Shown here one piece after another: positions 9,739-18,010 of a stretch of DNA of 56,442 nucleotides. Positions within the stretch are counted from its first letter, which is position 1, and each line of letters opens with the position of its first letter. A program made the translations under genes and the position numbers. The stretch spans positions 1 through 56,442 of the forward strand of contig CBFHTW010000001.1 of assembly GCA_965659025.1 (NCBI GenBank). Direction: 5' to 3'. This DNA comes from Minisyncoccia bacterium. Lineage in GTDB: Bacteria; Patescibacteriota; Minisyncoccia; Phycocordibacterales; UBA2100. The notes beneath the pieces are model-generated. The model was given only the letters and a program-made list of their open reading frames with translations. It was not told the DNA's origin and did no database searches.

Positions 9739-11288
9739 TGCGCCGCGGGAAGTTGAATGAAAAATGTGGAGCCCTTACCGGCGCCTGGCGATTCCACCCA
9801 TACGCGTCCGTGCATCCCTTCAATAAGATTCTTGGCGAGATAGAGGCCAACGCCAGTGCCTAAGAGATTCGCCTTTGCCGCATCAGCTCTGGAAAACTTT
9901 TTAAAGAGATTCGGAATCGTTTCCGCGGGGATTCCCACACCCGTATCAGTGATTGCCACGGTGAACGTATCATCAGTGTGCTGTTCTACGGATACGGTGA
10001 CAGACCCTTCTTTCGTGTATTTGAGGGAGTTGTCTATAAAGATACCTATCACCTCTTTTACCTTTTGGGCATCACCTAGTACGCAGTAGTCTTTGCTCAG
10101 ATCAATATGCGAAATGAGCTTGAGCCCGTGTTGTGACGCGTGTGGTTGGAATTCACCGACCACAGTTGCGGCACATGAGCCAACATCAAATGAAGTGAGA
10201 GAATACTGCAACTGTCCAAGCTCCAGCTTGGACTTATTGAGAAATTGCGTAATGAGCGAAAGTACATCGTGCGTGGATACTTGTATCTTCTCCACCGTCC
10301 CCTTCGCCGCGGTATCTAGCGTGCCCGCATCACCCTCCAAAAGTAGGGTCGCAAAATTTTGGATGCGTGTAATTGGATTGCGTATTTCATGCGAAGCAAA
10401 GGTCATAAACTCGGACTTGTCATTGCTGAGTTGCTCAATACGCTCTCTTTGTTCCACCTCGCGGTATTCAGCTTTGATAAGTACCACGCTTGCCACGGCA
10501 ACAGCGATGAAGAATACCGATCTGAAGAATAATTCCAACGTCCCATCCGATAGGCCAACCTGTATCAAAAGTACCACGTTTATGAACGTAACAAGCAATT
10601 CCGTTGAAAGCGCCCTAAGATTAAAGAGACGATGTTTAAGCGCCGCGTATGAAAGAAGGAAAGGAAATACTGCCACTAAGATATTCCCATACGGCAGGAC
10701 CGGAATATCATACCAAAGCAAAAAATTACTGAATCCACCACCAAAACCAAAGAGTGCGCCTATGAGAATGTATACAGCCTGGCCCCTCTTGGACGAGGAG
10801 TGGTTCTTGAGTTCCGAGAATAACAGATGTAACGCAAGTATGAGACATCCGGAATAAATAATAAAAAGATAAAAAGTGTACGCAGGCCCGGCATCGGGCC
10901 AAAATGGAAAGATTAGTTTTGGCCTGATGTCAGCTATTACATACTGTGTACGACTTAACAGTATGACTGCAACAGCTGAAATATGGATAAAGGTCCGAAA
11001 TACGTAAAAACGATGACTTTGACCGAGGATTGTGAGAGTCCACTCAAGAAATAATGTGGGTATAAGCACAGATGCCGCAGCGAGCAACTGTATCCACAAC
11101 AGTGCAGTGGCTTCGTCGGAGGCGGACAACCAACGCCAATACGAGAGCGCCCAAATACCCAGGGCAATCGCCATCAAGAGAAAGAGACGATTTGAAACAT
11201 CTTTCCAATTCTTCAGTATCACTATTAAACCAAAAGCAAGCGCAATGACGCCCACAACAAGTCCGGACACTGCAAAGAGTTCAAGCAT
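9735..11288 (-). CDS. Sensor histidine kinase with a polytopic N-terminal membrane domain
   Basis: HisKA H-box (FASHEIRNPIT) and HATPase_c (GTGVGLYLAKNLIEGMHGRVWVES). Roughly 7 TM helices at the N-terminus. Start at the ATG at 11288 overlaps the upstream stop by 8 nt. No response regulator lies in the window. Confidence 0.85.
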   Translation of the reverse strand: MLELFAVSGLVVGVIALAFGLIVILKNWKDVSNRLFLLMAIALGIWALSYWRWLSASDEATALLWIQLLAAASVLIPTLFLEWTLTILGQSHRFYVFRTFIHISAVAVILLSRTQYVIADIRPKLIFPFWPDAGPAYTFYLFIIYSGCLILALHLLFSELKNHSSSKRGQAVYILIGALFGFGGGFSNFLLWYDIPVLPYGNILVAVFPFLLSYAALKHRLFNLRALSTELLVTFINVVLLIQVGLSDGTLELFFRSVFFIAVAVASVVLIKAEYREVEQRERIEQLSNDKSEFMTFASHEIRNPITRIQNFATLLLEGDAGTLDTAAKGTVEKIQVSTHDVLSLITQFLNKSKLELGQLQYSLTSFDVGSCAATVVGEFQPHASQHGLKLISHIDLSKDYCVLGDAQKVKEVIGIFIDNSLKYTKEGSVTVSVEQHTDDTFTVAITDTGVGIPAETIPNLFKKFSRADAAKANLLGTGVGLYLAKNLIEGMHGRVWVESPGAGKGSTFFIQLPAAH

Positions 11289-12174
11289 GGTCCTTTTGGG
11301 CAACAACAATTGTGTGTATATTCAGTGGCTCTACATAGCCGGTAATGTTGTGTTCCTTAAATGCACTCGCCGCGACCAACCCCACAATCTCCTCCGGAGT
11401 ACGGTAAATCATGTCCCAGCCAACTACATTCTTAACGAATCGTTTTTCTTTGTTGTGATTGATGTTCGCGGTAATAAATACACCGTCATCTTCCAACACA
11501 TTGTATATGAGGTCAAAAAGCCCAATGGCCTTAATGTCAGTAAAATAATCCATCAGACCAACCATTTCAACAACAGTGAACTTCTCATTAGCATGCTTGC
11601 CACGTAAATGCTCTCCCGCAGTAGAACATACCCACTCAAGACCACAGGTTAAGTTGCGTTCGCTTGCCAAGATGCGGCTGTACGCAAGCGCCGCCTCATC
11701 TTTATCAAGGAACGTGAGCTTGACACTCGGATTATCTTTCAGACCGAGAGCTACGACTGATTCTATGATGGCGCGCGATGAGCCGGCGGCAATACTCAAG
11801 ATGTGCACTCGCTTTCCATCACGAATTCGGCGATGGATTGCTTTCTTCACTTCTCTTTCAACAATTCTAAGGCGGTTACGAACTGCCCTTGCATTTAAGG
11901 TACCAAACCACACCCGAGCAAAAATCTTTTGCAACAATCCATGTGATGTCTCTGGATATCCATAGTTATATAGCGCCTCTAGTGCTCTGTATTGTGTGGC
12001 ATAGCGCACAACCGTCTCTGCCGATTTATGCGTCCTTCGAATCATAGAGCGAGACGATGCCGGAAGCGCATTGAGAAAAGGAACCAAAAAAATATTCAAG
12101 GTGCGGCGGCGCACTGACGGATACTCAAAGACAAGCTCTTTATCAGAGTCTTGAAATACAGTGTGCGATGCCAT
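11281..12174 (-). CDS. Putative class I SAM-dependent methyltransferase-like protein
   Basis: 297 aa. ILSIAAGSSRAIIE...FLDKDEAAL...VEMVGLMDYF...DDGVFITANI resembles a Rossmann-fold methyltransferase. The region is visibly AT-richer than its flanks. Confidence 0.45.
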   Translation of the reverse strand: MASHTVFQDSDKELVFEYPSVRRRTLNIFLVPFLNALPASSRSMIRRTHKSAETVVRYATQYRALEALYNYGYPETSHGLLQKIFARVWFGTLNARAVRNRLRIVEREVKKAIHRRIRDGKRVHILSIAAGSSRAIIESVVALGLKDNPSVKLTFLDKDEAALAYSRILASERNLTCGLEWVCSTAGEHLRGKHANEKFTVVEMVGLMDYFTDIKAIGLFDLIYNVLEDDGVFITANINHNKEKRFVKNVVGWDMIYRTPEEIVGLVAASAFKEHNITGYVEPLNIHTIVVAQKDHA

Positions 12175-12182
12175 GGTACTTA

Positions 12183-12869
12183 TTATTTTAACCCACCTAT
12201 AGCCGCCATCGCTAATTGCACGGCATTTTTGTATTTTGATGCATCATCTATATATTGTTCGGTGAATAGACTATCTACATATAGGGGTTGGCCGAATGTT
12301 AATGTCATGTGCCTTTTGAACCCAAGAAATGTAGCTGGACGGATACCAAATACTCCACCAATATACACCGGAACTATTGGTACACGGGTTGCGTCACATA
12401 AAAACGCGACTCCTCCCCGCCCCTCTTGTAGTGAACCATCTTTGGTGATGCGCCCTTCCGGAAAGATACAAATACTTCCTCCGTCCTTCAATATCTCAAC
12501 ATGTTGATTAAGAGCTAATGCATAATTTTTGTGTCCCGCTGTATATGTGTACGCCCCCCATGCGGGAAAAAACCATGCTGTGGTGTAGAGAAATCTGCGC
12601 CACCCAAATGAAACGTCATCAAAAAATTTATTCGGAGCGGCAACATAAAAAAGGGGTGCAAATCGCCCGAGTGGATTAAGAGCGGCGGTGAGTATGATTG
12701 AATCAAGTTCACTTGTGTGATTGACGGCAAAAATTGCTTGACGTATGTCGCGTAAATTTTCAATACCACGCACTTCAAATCTACAAAATATATTAAATAA
12801 CAAGCGTGTAGGTCCCCATGCAAGCGTTTGCAGAATGCGCGGTGGCCACGAGTAGAATTTTTTATACAT
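12183..12869 (-). CDS. plsC: 1-acyl-sn-glycerol-3-phosphate acyltransferase family (PlsC-like)
   Basis: HX4D motif (NHTSELD) and FPEGRITKDG motif. Confidence 0.8.
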   Translation of the reverse strand: MYKKFYSWPPRILQTLAWGPTRLLFNIFCRFEVRGIENLRDIRQAIFAVNHTSELDSIILTAALNPLGRFAPLFYVAAPNKFFDDVSFGWRRFLYTTAWFFPAWGAYTYTAGHKNYALALNQHVEILKDGGSICIFPEGRITKDGSLQEGRGGVAFLCDATRVPIVPVYIGGVFGIRPATFLGFKRHMTLTFGQPLYVDSLFTEQYIDDASKYKNAVQLAMAAIGGLK

Positions 12870-12871
12870 AT

Positions 12872-15070
12872 TTATTTCGCCACGCGGACGGCTTCGTCAA
12901 ACTTCACCGACAAAATCTTAGAGACCCCGTCGGTATCCATAGTAACACCATACAGCTCCCCCGCCGCCGTCATCGTCGCGCGATTGTGCGTGATAACGAT
13001 AAGCTGGGATTTGGAGGAAAGTTCACGAATCATGTCCGCGTACCGACGACTATTGGCCTCATCAAGCGCGGCGTCCGTCTCATCCAATATGAGAAACGGC
13101 GGAGGATTCACCTGAGACATCGCAAAAATAAGCGCGATTGAGGTAAGCGCTCGCTCACCGCCAGAGAGCACCTCCAAGCCGCGCACTTTTTTGCGCGGCA
13201 AAGATACGAAAATGGAAACCCCTGCGTACAGCTCGTCTTCTTCATCTTCCGGCATTTCATCATCTTCATCACCATCGCGCACCGCGCGCGCCCGCGGCTT
13301 TTCTACAGAAAGTTTTGCACTGCCGCCGCCGAAGAGCTTGGTGAAAAAAAGGTGAAGCGCTTCATTGATCCGAACCAGGCCTTCGGTAAATTTGGTGTCC
13401 ATCGTCTCTTCAAGTTCCGCGATGATGTGGCGAAGTTTTTCAATGGAAGCCTCCAAATCACTGACCTCCCGCGCAAGGAATTCGTCGCGCTCTGTGGTAT
13501 GACGAAATTCGCGTACCACTTCGTCGCCGTTTCCGACCCCCGATTCCTCAATCTTTATCTTGAGGCGTTCAATCGCCCGGCGCCGTTTTTCTTGCTCACT
13601 CCTGCTTTCGCTGAGCGCACCTTCAGGAATACCCGCCTTTTGCCAGCCATGCACACCTGCGCCGATAAGGGTGATGCCCTCGCGCACCTCCTCTTCAAAT
13701 GATTGACGTGCCGCGGATATTTCACTTTGGCGGCGCTCCAGAGAAGCGAGTCTCGTCGCCACCTCTTTTCTTTGCGACTCATGCACCATGATGGTGCGCT
13801 GTGCCTCGTGTTGTGCCTCGCGCAAATCCTCGCCGGCCTTCCGCACAGTCGCAAGCTCCTGTTCAATGCGCTCTTCTTCGGCAGTTGCCTGTGCAAGCTT
13901 TTCAGTGAGAGCGGCGACCTGTTGCGCGTCGCCTTTTGGTGCGGCGTGATCGGCTGATGGAAGGACTGCGCGAAACGCGACAATCTCGCGGCGGGCGTCG
14001 TCATACCGACCGGCCGCGATATGCGCTTCAATTGTCTCAAGCAACGAACGAACGCGGGCCGCAGAAACCTGCGTCTCCACGCCTTCCTGCGTCGTCTTGA
14101 ATTCCATCATCGCCTCGGCTCGTCCGAGCTCGCGCATTGTCTCTTCGCGAATGCGCCGCGCCGATGCTCGCCTATCTTCAAGAGCGCGGAGTCTATTCGC
14201 GTGTTCTGCGCTCTCATCTGGCGTACCTGGATTGTGTTTTTGTACGTGTGCGCGAACCTGCGCAATGCGCTCGTCTGCTTCTTTCAGCTCCGCACGCACC
14301 GCCGCCGTCTCTGCGGCAACAAGCGTGCTCTCTTGTTCTATGTACGCGTGTTCTCGCGAGAGATACTCAGAGAGACGCACCGAGAGATCTTCTTTGACTT
14401 CTCTCGCCTTCTCTATCTTTTCCACCTGCGCGCGCAAAAAATGCAGATGCGGCGCAAGTTCGCGCCGCAGTGATTTTGCCTTATCCAAATTTGTCTCTGT
14501 TTCTACCAACTGGCGTTCGCTCTCCATTTTCTTGTGCTGGTAGAGCTTTAGGCCGAGCGCATCTTCTATCATCTCCCGACGCTGACGCGGCGAAGCGCCG
14601 AGGATTCTGTCTGCCTCGCCTTGCGAGATGATCTGATACCCAGAACCGCCGATGTTGGCCCCCGCAAGCAAACGAATGACATCCTTAAGGCGTACTTGCG
14701 AACCGTTGAGTAGGTATTCGTTTTGCCCGTCGCGATGCACGACGCGCTCAATCACTACTTCCTTAAACTCTAAATCTAACAATGGCTTGCCCGATCGGCC
14801 GGGTGTGTTGTCAAAAGTCACTTTGACGGCCGCTCTATTCTGTCGCGCCATGGCGGGCGAACCACCCCAAATGAGATCTTCACCGCGCTTACTGCGTAAT
14901 GATTTCATGGACTGCTCACCGAGTACAAAACGAAACGCCTCCGCCACGTTGGATTTTCCAGAGCCGTTTGGCCCGACAACCGCAGAAATAGGCGAGGTAA
15001 AGGCAAGTGTCGCCTTTTTGCCAAACGACTTAAAACCAGTGAGCTCTATGGATTTCAACGCCAAAAACAT
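12872..15070 (-). CDS. smc: SMC-family chromosome segregation ATPase, short form without a recognisable hinge
   Basis: SMC N-terminal head (LTGFKSFGKK...VVGPNGSGKSNVAEAFRFVLGEQS) and C-terminal head (LSGGERALTSIALIFA...LILDETDAALD). The middle is E/A/R-rich coiled coil. It lies downstream of rnc, as in the Bacillus rnc-smc arrangement. Confidence 0.85.
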   Translation of the reverse strand: MFLALKSIELTGFKSFGKKATLAFTSPISAVVGPNGSGKSNVAEAFRFVLGEQSMKSLRSKRGEDLIWGGSPAMARQNRAAVKVTFDNTPGRSGKPLLDLEFKEVVIERVVHRDGQNEYLLNGSQVRLKDVIRLLAGANIGGSGYQIISQGEADRILGASPRQRREMIEDALGLKLYQHKKMESERQLVETETNLDKAKSLRRELAPHLHFLRAQVEKIEKAREVKEDLSVRLSEYLSREHAYIEQESTLVAAETAAVRAELKEADERIAQVRAHVQKHNPGTPDESAEHANRLRALEDRRASARRIREETMRELGRAEAMMEFKTTQEGVETQVSAARVRSLLETIEAHIAAGRYDDARREIVAFRAVLPSADHAAPKGDAQQVAALTEKLAQATAEEERIEQELATVRKAGEDLREAQHEAQRTIMVHESQRKEVATRLASLERRQSEISAARQSFEEEVREGITLIGAGVHGWQKAGIPEGALSESRSEQEKRRRAIERLKIKIEESGVGNGDEVVREFRHTTERDEFLAREVSDLEASIEKLRHIIAELEETMDTKFTEGLVRINEALHLFFTKLFGGGSAKLSVEKPRARAVRDGDEDDEMPEDEEDELYAGVSIFVSLPRKKVRGLEVLSGGERALTSIALIFAMSQVNPPPFLILDETDAALDEANSRRYADMIRELSSKSQLIVITHNRATMTAAGELYGVTMDTDGVSKILSVKFDEAVRVAK

Positions 15071-15123
15071 TGGTGTTCAGTATATCAAACAAAACAAGGC
15101 TGTGAGCGAAAAGTGGGAGGACT

Positions 15124-15175
15124 GTAATTAAAATCCAAGCGAGGAACGGCATTCGCTATGTGGGGCTTGCGGAGC
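15124..15175. repeat. 52-bp direct repeat, copy 1 (rnc-smc intergenic region)
   Basis: GTAATTAAAATCCAAGCGAGGAACGGCATTCGCTATGTGGGGCTTGCGGAGC. 49/52 identical to copy 2 by eye. Confidence 0.85.
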
Positions 15176-15269
15176 ATTATTCAAAGACAGCGAGAGAGCA
15201 CACCCAATATTGGAGTCTCGCGCAGGGCGTCGCCTGCCTGCCGGCAGGCAGGGCCCGATTGAAGGGGTT

Positions 15270-15321
15270 GTAATTAAAATCCAAGCGAGGGGTGGCATTC
15301 GCTATGTGGGGCTTGCGGAGC
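15270..15321. repeat. 52-bp direct repeat, copy 2
   Basis: GTAATTAAAATCCAAGCGAGGGGTGGCATTCGCTATGTGGGGCTTGCGGAGC, 146 bp downstream of copy 1. Confidence 0.85.
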
Positions 15322-15385
15322 GCGCTGAGCGCGAGCAGGAAGGTCCGGCCAGCAGGCCGGAACCTGTACCCACATAGTGAATGCC
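15294..15385 (-). terminator. Long compound hairpin just downstream of the rnc stop
   Basis: GGCATTCGCTATGTGGG (15294-15310) pairs with CCCACATAGTGAATGCC (15369-15385). The stem encloses the inner hairpins GGTCCGGCC-AGCA-GGCCGGAACC and GCGCTGAGCGC. On the minus strand it is followed by GGATTTTAATT. Confidence 0.4.
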
Positions 15386-15400
15386 GCACTGAGCGCCCCT

Positions 15401-16090
15401 CTACCACCCACGCACCTCCAACGCCTTCTCCGCGGCCGCCTGTTGTGCCTCTTGTTTTGAGTTCCCATCCCCCTTGGCGATGAGTTCCTGTCGGAGATAC
15501 ACCCCCGCGGTAAAGCGCTTGTCATGATCCGGCCCCGACTGCGCCAAGAGCTCATACGATGGCGTTACCCCCTCGTGCTCTTGCGCCGCCTCTTGAAAAC
15601 GACTCTTCGCGTCTTGCCAGAGACGCTTCGCGACCACGTCGTCTGTTTTATGAAAAAGCTGAGCGGCGATAAAATCTCGCGCCGCGCCGTACCCATGATC
15701 CAAATACAAAGCGCCGATGAGCGCCTCAAACGCATTGGCGAGGATTATTTGCCGCGCGCGACCGGTATCCTTTGCCTCGCCGCGAGAGAGCAGAAGAAAA
15801 TCATTGATGCCGAGCCGCGTCCCCGCATCGGCGATAGACTGCGTGTTCACCAGCGCGGCTCGGTAGGCCGTCAGCTCGCCCTCCTGTTTTTCCGGATACT
15901 TCGCATACAAAAATTCCGTAACGACAAGTTCAAGCACCGCATCACCAAGAAACTCCAGGCGCTCGTTGTGCCCGGCTTTTAATTCGCGATGCTCGTTGAT
16001 GTAGGAGCGATGCGTAAAGGCTTGCTGTAGCAACCCCTTATCGTTGAATGAAACGCCGATGCGCTCCTCAAAACGGGACAGATCACTCAT
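15401..16090 (-). CDS. rnc: Ribonuclease III
   Basis: 229 aa. RNase III signature ERLEFLGDAVLELVV and a C-terminal dsRBD. Confidence 0.93.
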   Translation of the reverse strand: MSDLSRFEERIGVSFNDKGLLQQAFTHRSYINEHRELKAGHNERLEFLGDAVLELVVTEFLYAKYPEKQEGELTAYRAALVNTQSIADAGTRLGINDFLLLSRGEAKDTGRARQIILANAFEALIGALYLDHGYGAARDFIAAQLFHKTDDVVAKRLWQDAKSRFQEAAQEHEGVTPSYELLAQSGPDHDKRFTAGVYLRQELIAKGDGNSKQEAQQAAAEKALEVRGW

Positions 16091-16099
16091 ATGCCAAAA

Positions 16100-17023
16100 T
16101 TACACGGTCGCCTTTTTGGCGAGAATGTTTATCGCCTTGGTAACAACCGGCAGGATGTCATCATAAAAATTCAGATCGCCCACACTGGCAAGCGGAAACC
16201 ACTGCGCGTCATCCAGCCCTCCTTCGCGCTTAAGCTGGAGGTCGTCAAACGCCGCCCGCGCTAAAAAGTATGTAGCATGCCGGCGCTTCTTCCCCTGCGG
16301 GTTGCTCGCGTCTTTGTCGTTGGCGATGTATTCATTTTCTCCGAGCGTGTCCTCCACAGAGACAGACAGGCCGATTTCTTCCTGCACCTTCCGCTTCACG
16401 CCGTCCTCGTGTTTCTCGTCCTGTTGAAGGCGACCTTTGGAAAGCGTCCAATGGCCGAAGATGTCATGCACGAGTGCGAGGTACACTCCGTCGTCTGAGC
16501 GCGCATACACCACAGCTCCGACAAGTTTTTCCACCGGCATCTTGCTCGGGTCAACGGTCACGCGTTTCTTGCGCTCCCCGCCGTCTTGTTTGCCTGGCTC
16601 ACCAAGCTCCACATACACGGCCCCAAGCACGCCGTTGACGAAACGAGATGAGGACGAACCGCCAAAGGCCTTGGCGAGCTCTATTGCCTCATTGATAGCC
16701 ACCTTGGCAGGCACTTGCACACGGTCTGCATACAAAAGCTCCGCCAATCCAATGCGGAGTATGTTGCGGTCTATCGCCGCGATTTTCTCCAGGGGCCATT
16801 CCGGTGCCGCCTTTGCGATCACGGCATCTATCTCTTTTTGTTTAGCGACGACCGTGCGTACCAGCGACTGCATAAAAGACGTGTCGTTGTCGCGCGCACC
16901 GAATTCGCTTGCATAGAGTGCGATGCGCTCCAGCATCGTTTCTTCCGACATCGGCTGATCCGATGCATCTCTCTCAAAAAGCACTTGCAGGACGACCGAA
17001 CGCGCAATGTGTCTGTTTGCCAT
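16100..17023 (-). CDS. nusB: NusB-like antitermination domain fused to a NUDIX hydrolase domain
   Basis: N-terminal roughly 145 aa are NusB-like (ARSVVLQVLFERD...AIDRNILRIGLAELLY...INEAIELAKAFGG..SRFVNGVLG). The C-terminal half carries a Nudix box, GRLQQDEKHEDGVKRKVQEEIGL. The ATG at 17023 is preferred because the ORF-track start at 17035 is TTG. Confidence 0.85.
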   Translation of the reverse strand: MANRHIARSVVLQVLFERDASDQPMSEETMLERIALYASEFGARDNDTSFMQSLVRTVVAKQKEIDAVIAKAAPEWPLEKIAAIDRNILRIGLAELLYADRVQVPAKVAINEAIELAKAFGGSSSSRFVNGVLGAVYVELGEPGKQDGGERKKRVTVDPSKMPVEKLVGAVVYARSDDGVYLALVHDIFGHWTLSKGRLQQDEKHEDGVKRKVQEEIGLSVSVEDTLGENEYIANDKDASNPQGKKRRHATYFLARAAFDDLQLKREGGLDDAQWFPLASVGDLNFYDDILPVVTKAINILAKKATV

Positions 17024-17077
17024 ACAAAAGATCAAAAAGAACGGCGGATATCGCCGTATCGTAGCACAATGATGCGC

Positions 17078-17344
17078 TTATTCGGCGGCGTTATCCCCAC
17101 CACGCTTTTGCTTGCCGCTTCCTGCGAGCGCCTTTTCCTTGCGTGCCGAGCGGCGTTCTTTGCGCTTTGCTCCGGCAACGACGTCAATAACGACTGTCTC
17201 GCCGTATTTGCCACAGGAGGCACAGGCACGGTGTGGGAGCTTTTCCGCGCCGCATGCACAGCGGGAAACGCGTACCGCCGAGAGACCGTGGTGGCTCCGG
17301 CGTTTTCTTGTCTTTGAGCGGTTTGCCCGCATTCGTACAACCAT
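17078..17344 (-). CDS. rpmF: 50S ribosomal protein L32 with a basic C-terminal extension
   Basis: MVVRMRANRSKTRKRRSHHGLS...CACGAEKLPHRACASCGKY is L32. It is followed by a roughly 30-aa K/R-rich tail. The ORF-track start is an upstream TTG. Confidence 0.85.
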   Translation of the reverse strand: MVVRMRANRSKTRKRRSHHGLSAVRVSRCACGAEKLPHRACASCGKYGETVVIDVVAGAKRKERRSARKEKALAGSGKQKRGGDNAAE

Positions 17345-17352
17345 GGGCGCGA

Positions 17353-17955
17353 TTATACTGATTTTCCAGCCGAGCGCAATCCCCTGCAAAACGAGGTGCG
17401 ATGCTCCGGCGAGAGACCGTGTTTCTTGATGGCGGCAATGTGCGCCGCCGTGCCATACCCCTTGTGTACGTCAAATCCATACGCGAGGTGCTTTTCGGCA
17501 AGACGCACCATCTTTTTGTCGCGCTCTACCTTGGCCGCAATGGAGGCAAGTGAAATCACCGGTTCACTCACGTCGCCGCGGATGATGGTCTTTTGGGTCC
17601 GCCAAACTGTTGGTGCCTTCAGTGAACCATCTAAGCGCACGTCACTTTTTTCTGGCGATACTGCAAGCTTTTCAAGAGCCGTACTTAGCGCATCATGCAC
17701 CGCCGCGACGATGCCAATGCGATCTATGGTCTTTGCCGAGGCAAACGAGACTGTGTATCGCAAGGAGCCCGCGCGAGAAAGCGCGCACATGCGTTCATAC
17801 ACACGCTCGCGCTGAAGCGGGGTCATTTTTTTAGAATCGCGTACGCCGGGAATCTGCGCCCAATCAAAACCCTTCGGCACAGCCACCGCACCCACAGCCA
17901 CCGGCCCGGCCAAGGGCCCGCGCCCGGCTTCGTCTACGCCAATGGTATAGCTCAT
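17353..17955 (-). CDS. rnhB: Ribonuclease HII
   Basis: MSYTIGVDEAGRGPLAGPVAVGAV N-terminus at the ATG at 17955, with DSKK and HKGYGT motifs. Confidence 0.9.
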   Translation of the reverse strand: MSYTIGVDEAGRGPLAGPVAVGAVAVPKGFDWAQIPGVRDSKKMTPLQRERVYERMCALSRAGSLRYTVSFASAKTIDRIGIVAAVHDALSTALEKLAVSPEKSDVRLDGSLKAPTVWRTQKTIIRGDVSEPVISLASIAAKVERDKKMVRLAEKHLAYGFDVHKGYGTAAHIAAIKKHGLSPEHRTSFCRGLRSAGKSV

Positions 17956-17973
17956 CGGAGTATTAAAACATAT

Positions 17974-17995
17974 GGGCCGCGCATCCGCGCGGCCC
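17974..17995 (-). terminator. Hairpin GGGCCGCGC-GGAT-GCGCGGCCC followed by a T-rich tract
   Basis: Lies between the stop of the 18011-18415 gene and the rnhB start. On the minus strand it is followed by ATATGTTTTAAT. Confidence 0.5.
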
Positions 17996-18010
17996 ATCTC
18001 TTTTGGCAAC

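Noticed and set aside
10093-10857. 254-aa plus-strand ORF
   Set aside because: It is antisense to the histidine kinase gene and Ser/Cys-rich with no motifs, whereas the kinase has clear H-box and ATPase motifs.
15124-15321. Possible CRISPR array (repeated 52-bp unit)
   Set aside because: There are only two copies. The spacing of 146 bp and the unit length are wrong for CRISPR, and no cas genes are present.
15330-15372. Possible SRP (4.5S) RNA because of the AGGAAGGTCCGGCCAGCAGGCCGG similarity to the domain IV GGUCCGGAAGGAAGCAGCC motif
   Set aside because: The hairpin has an AGCA loop on a perfect stem. It lacks the GNRA tetraloop and the conserved symmetric and asymmetric internal loops of SRP helix 8. 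The resemblance is only a shared GGTCCGG string.
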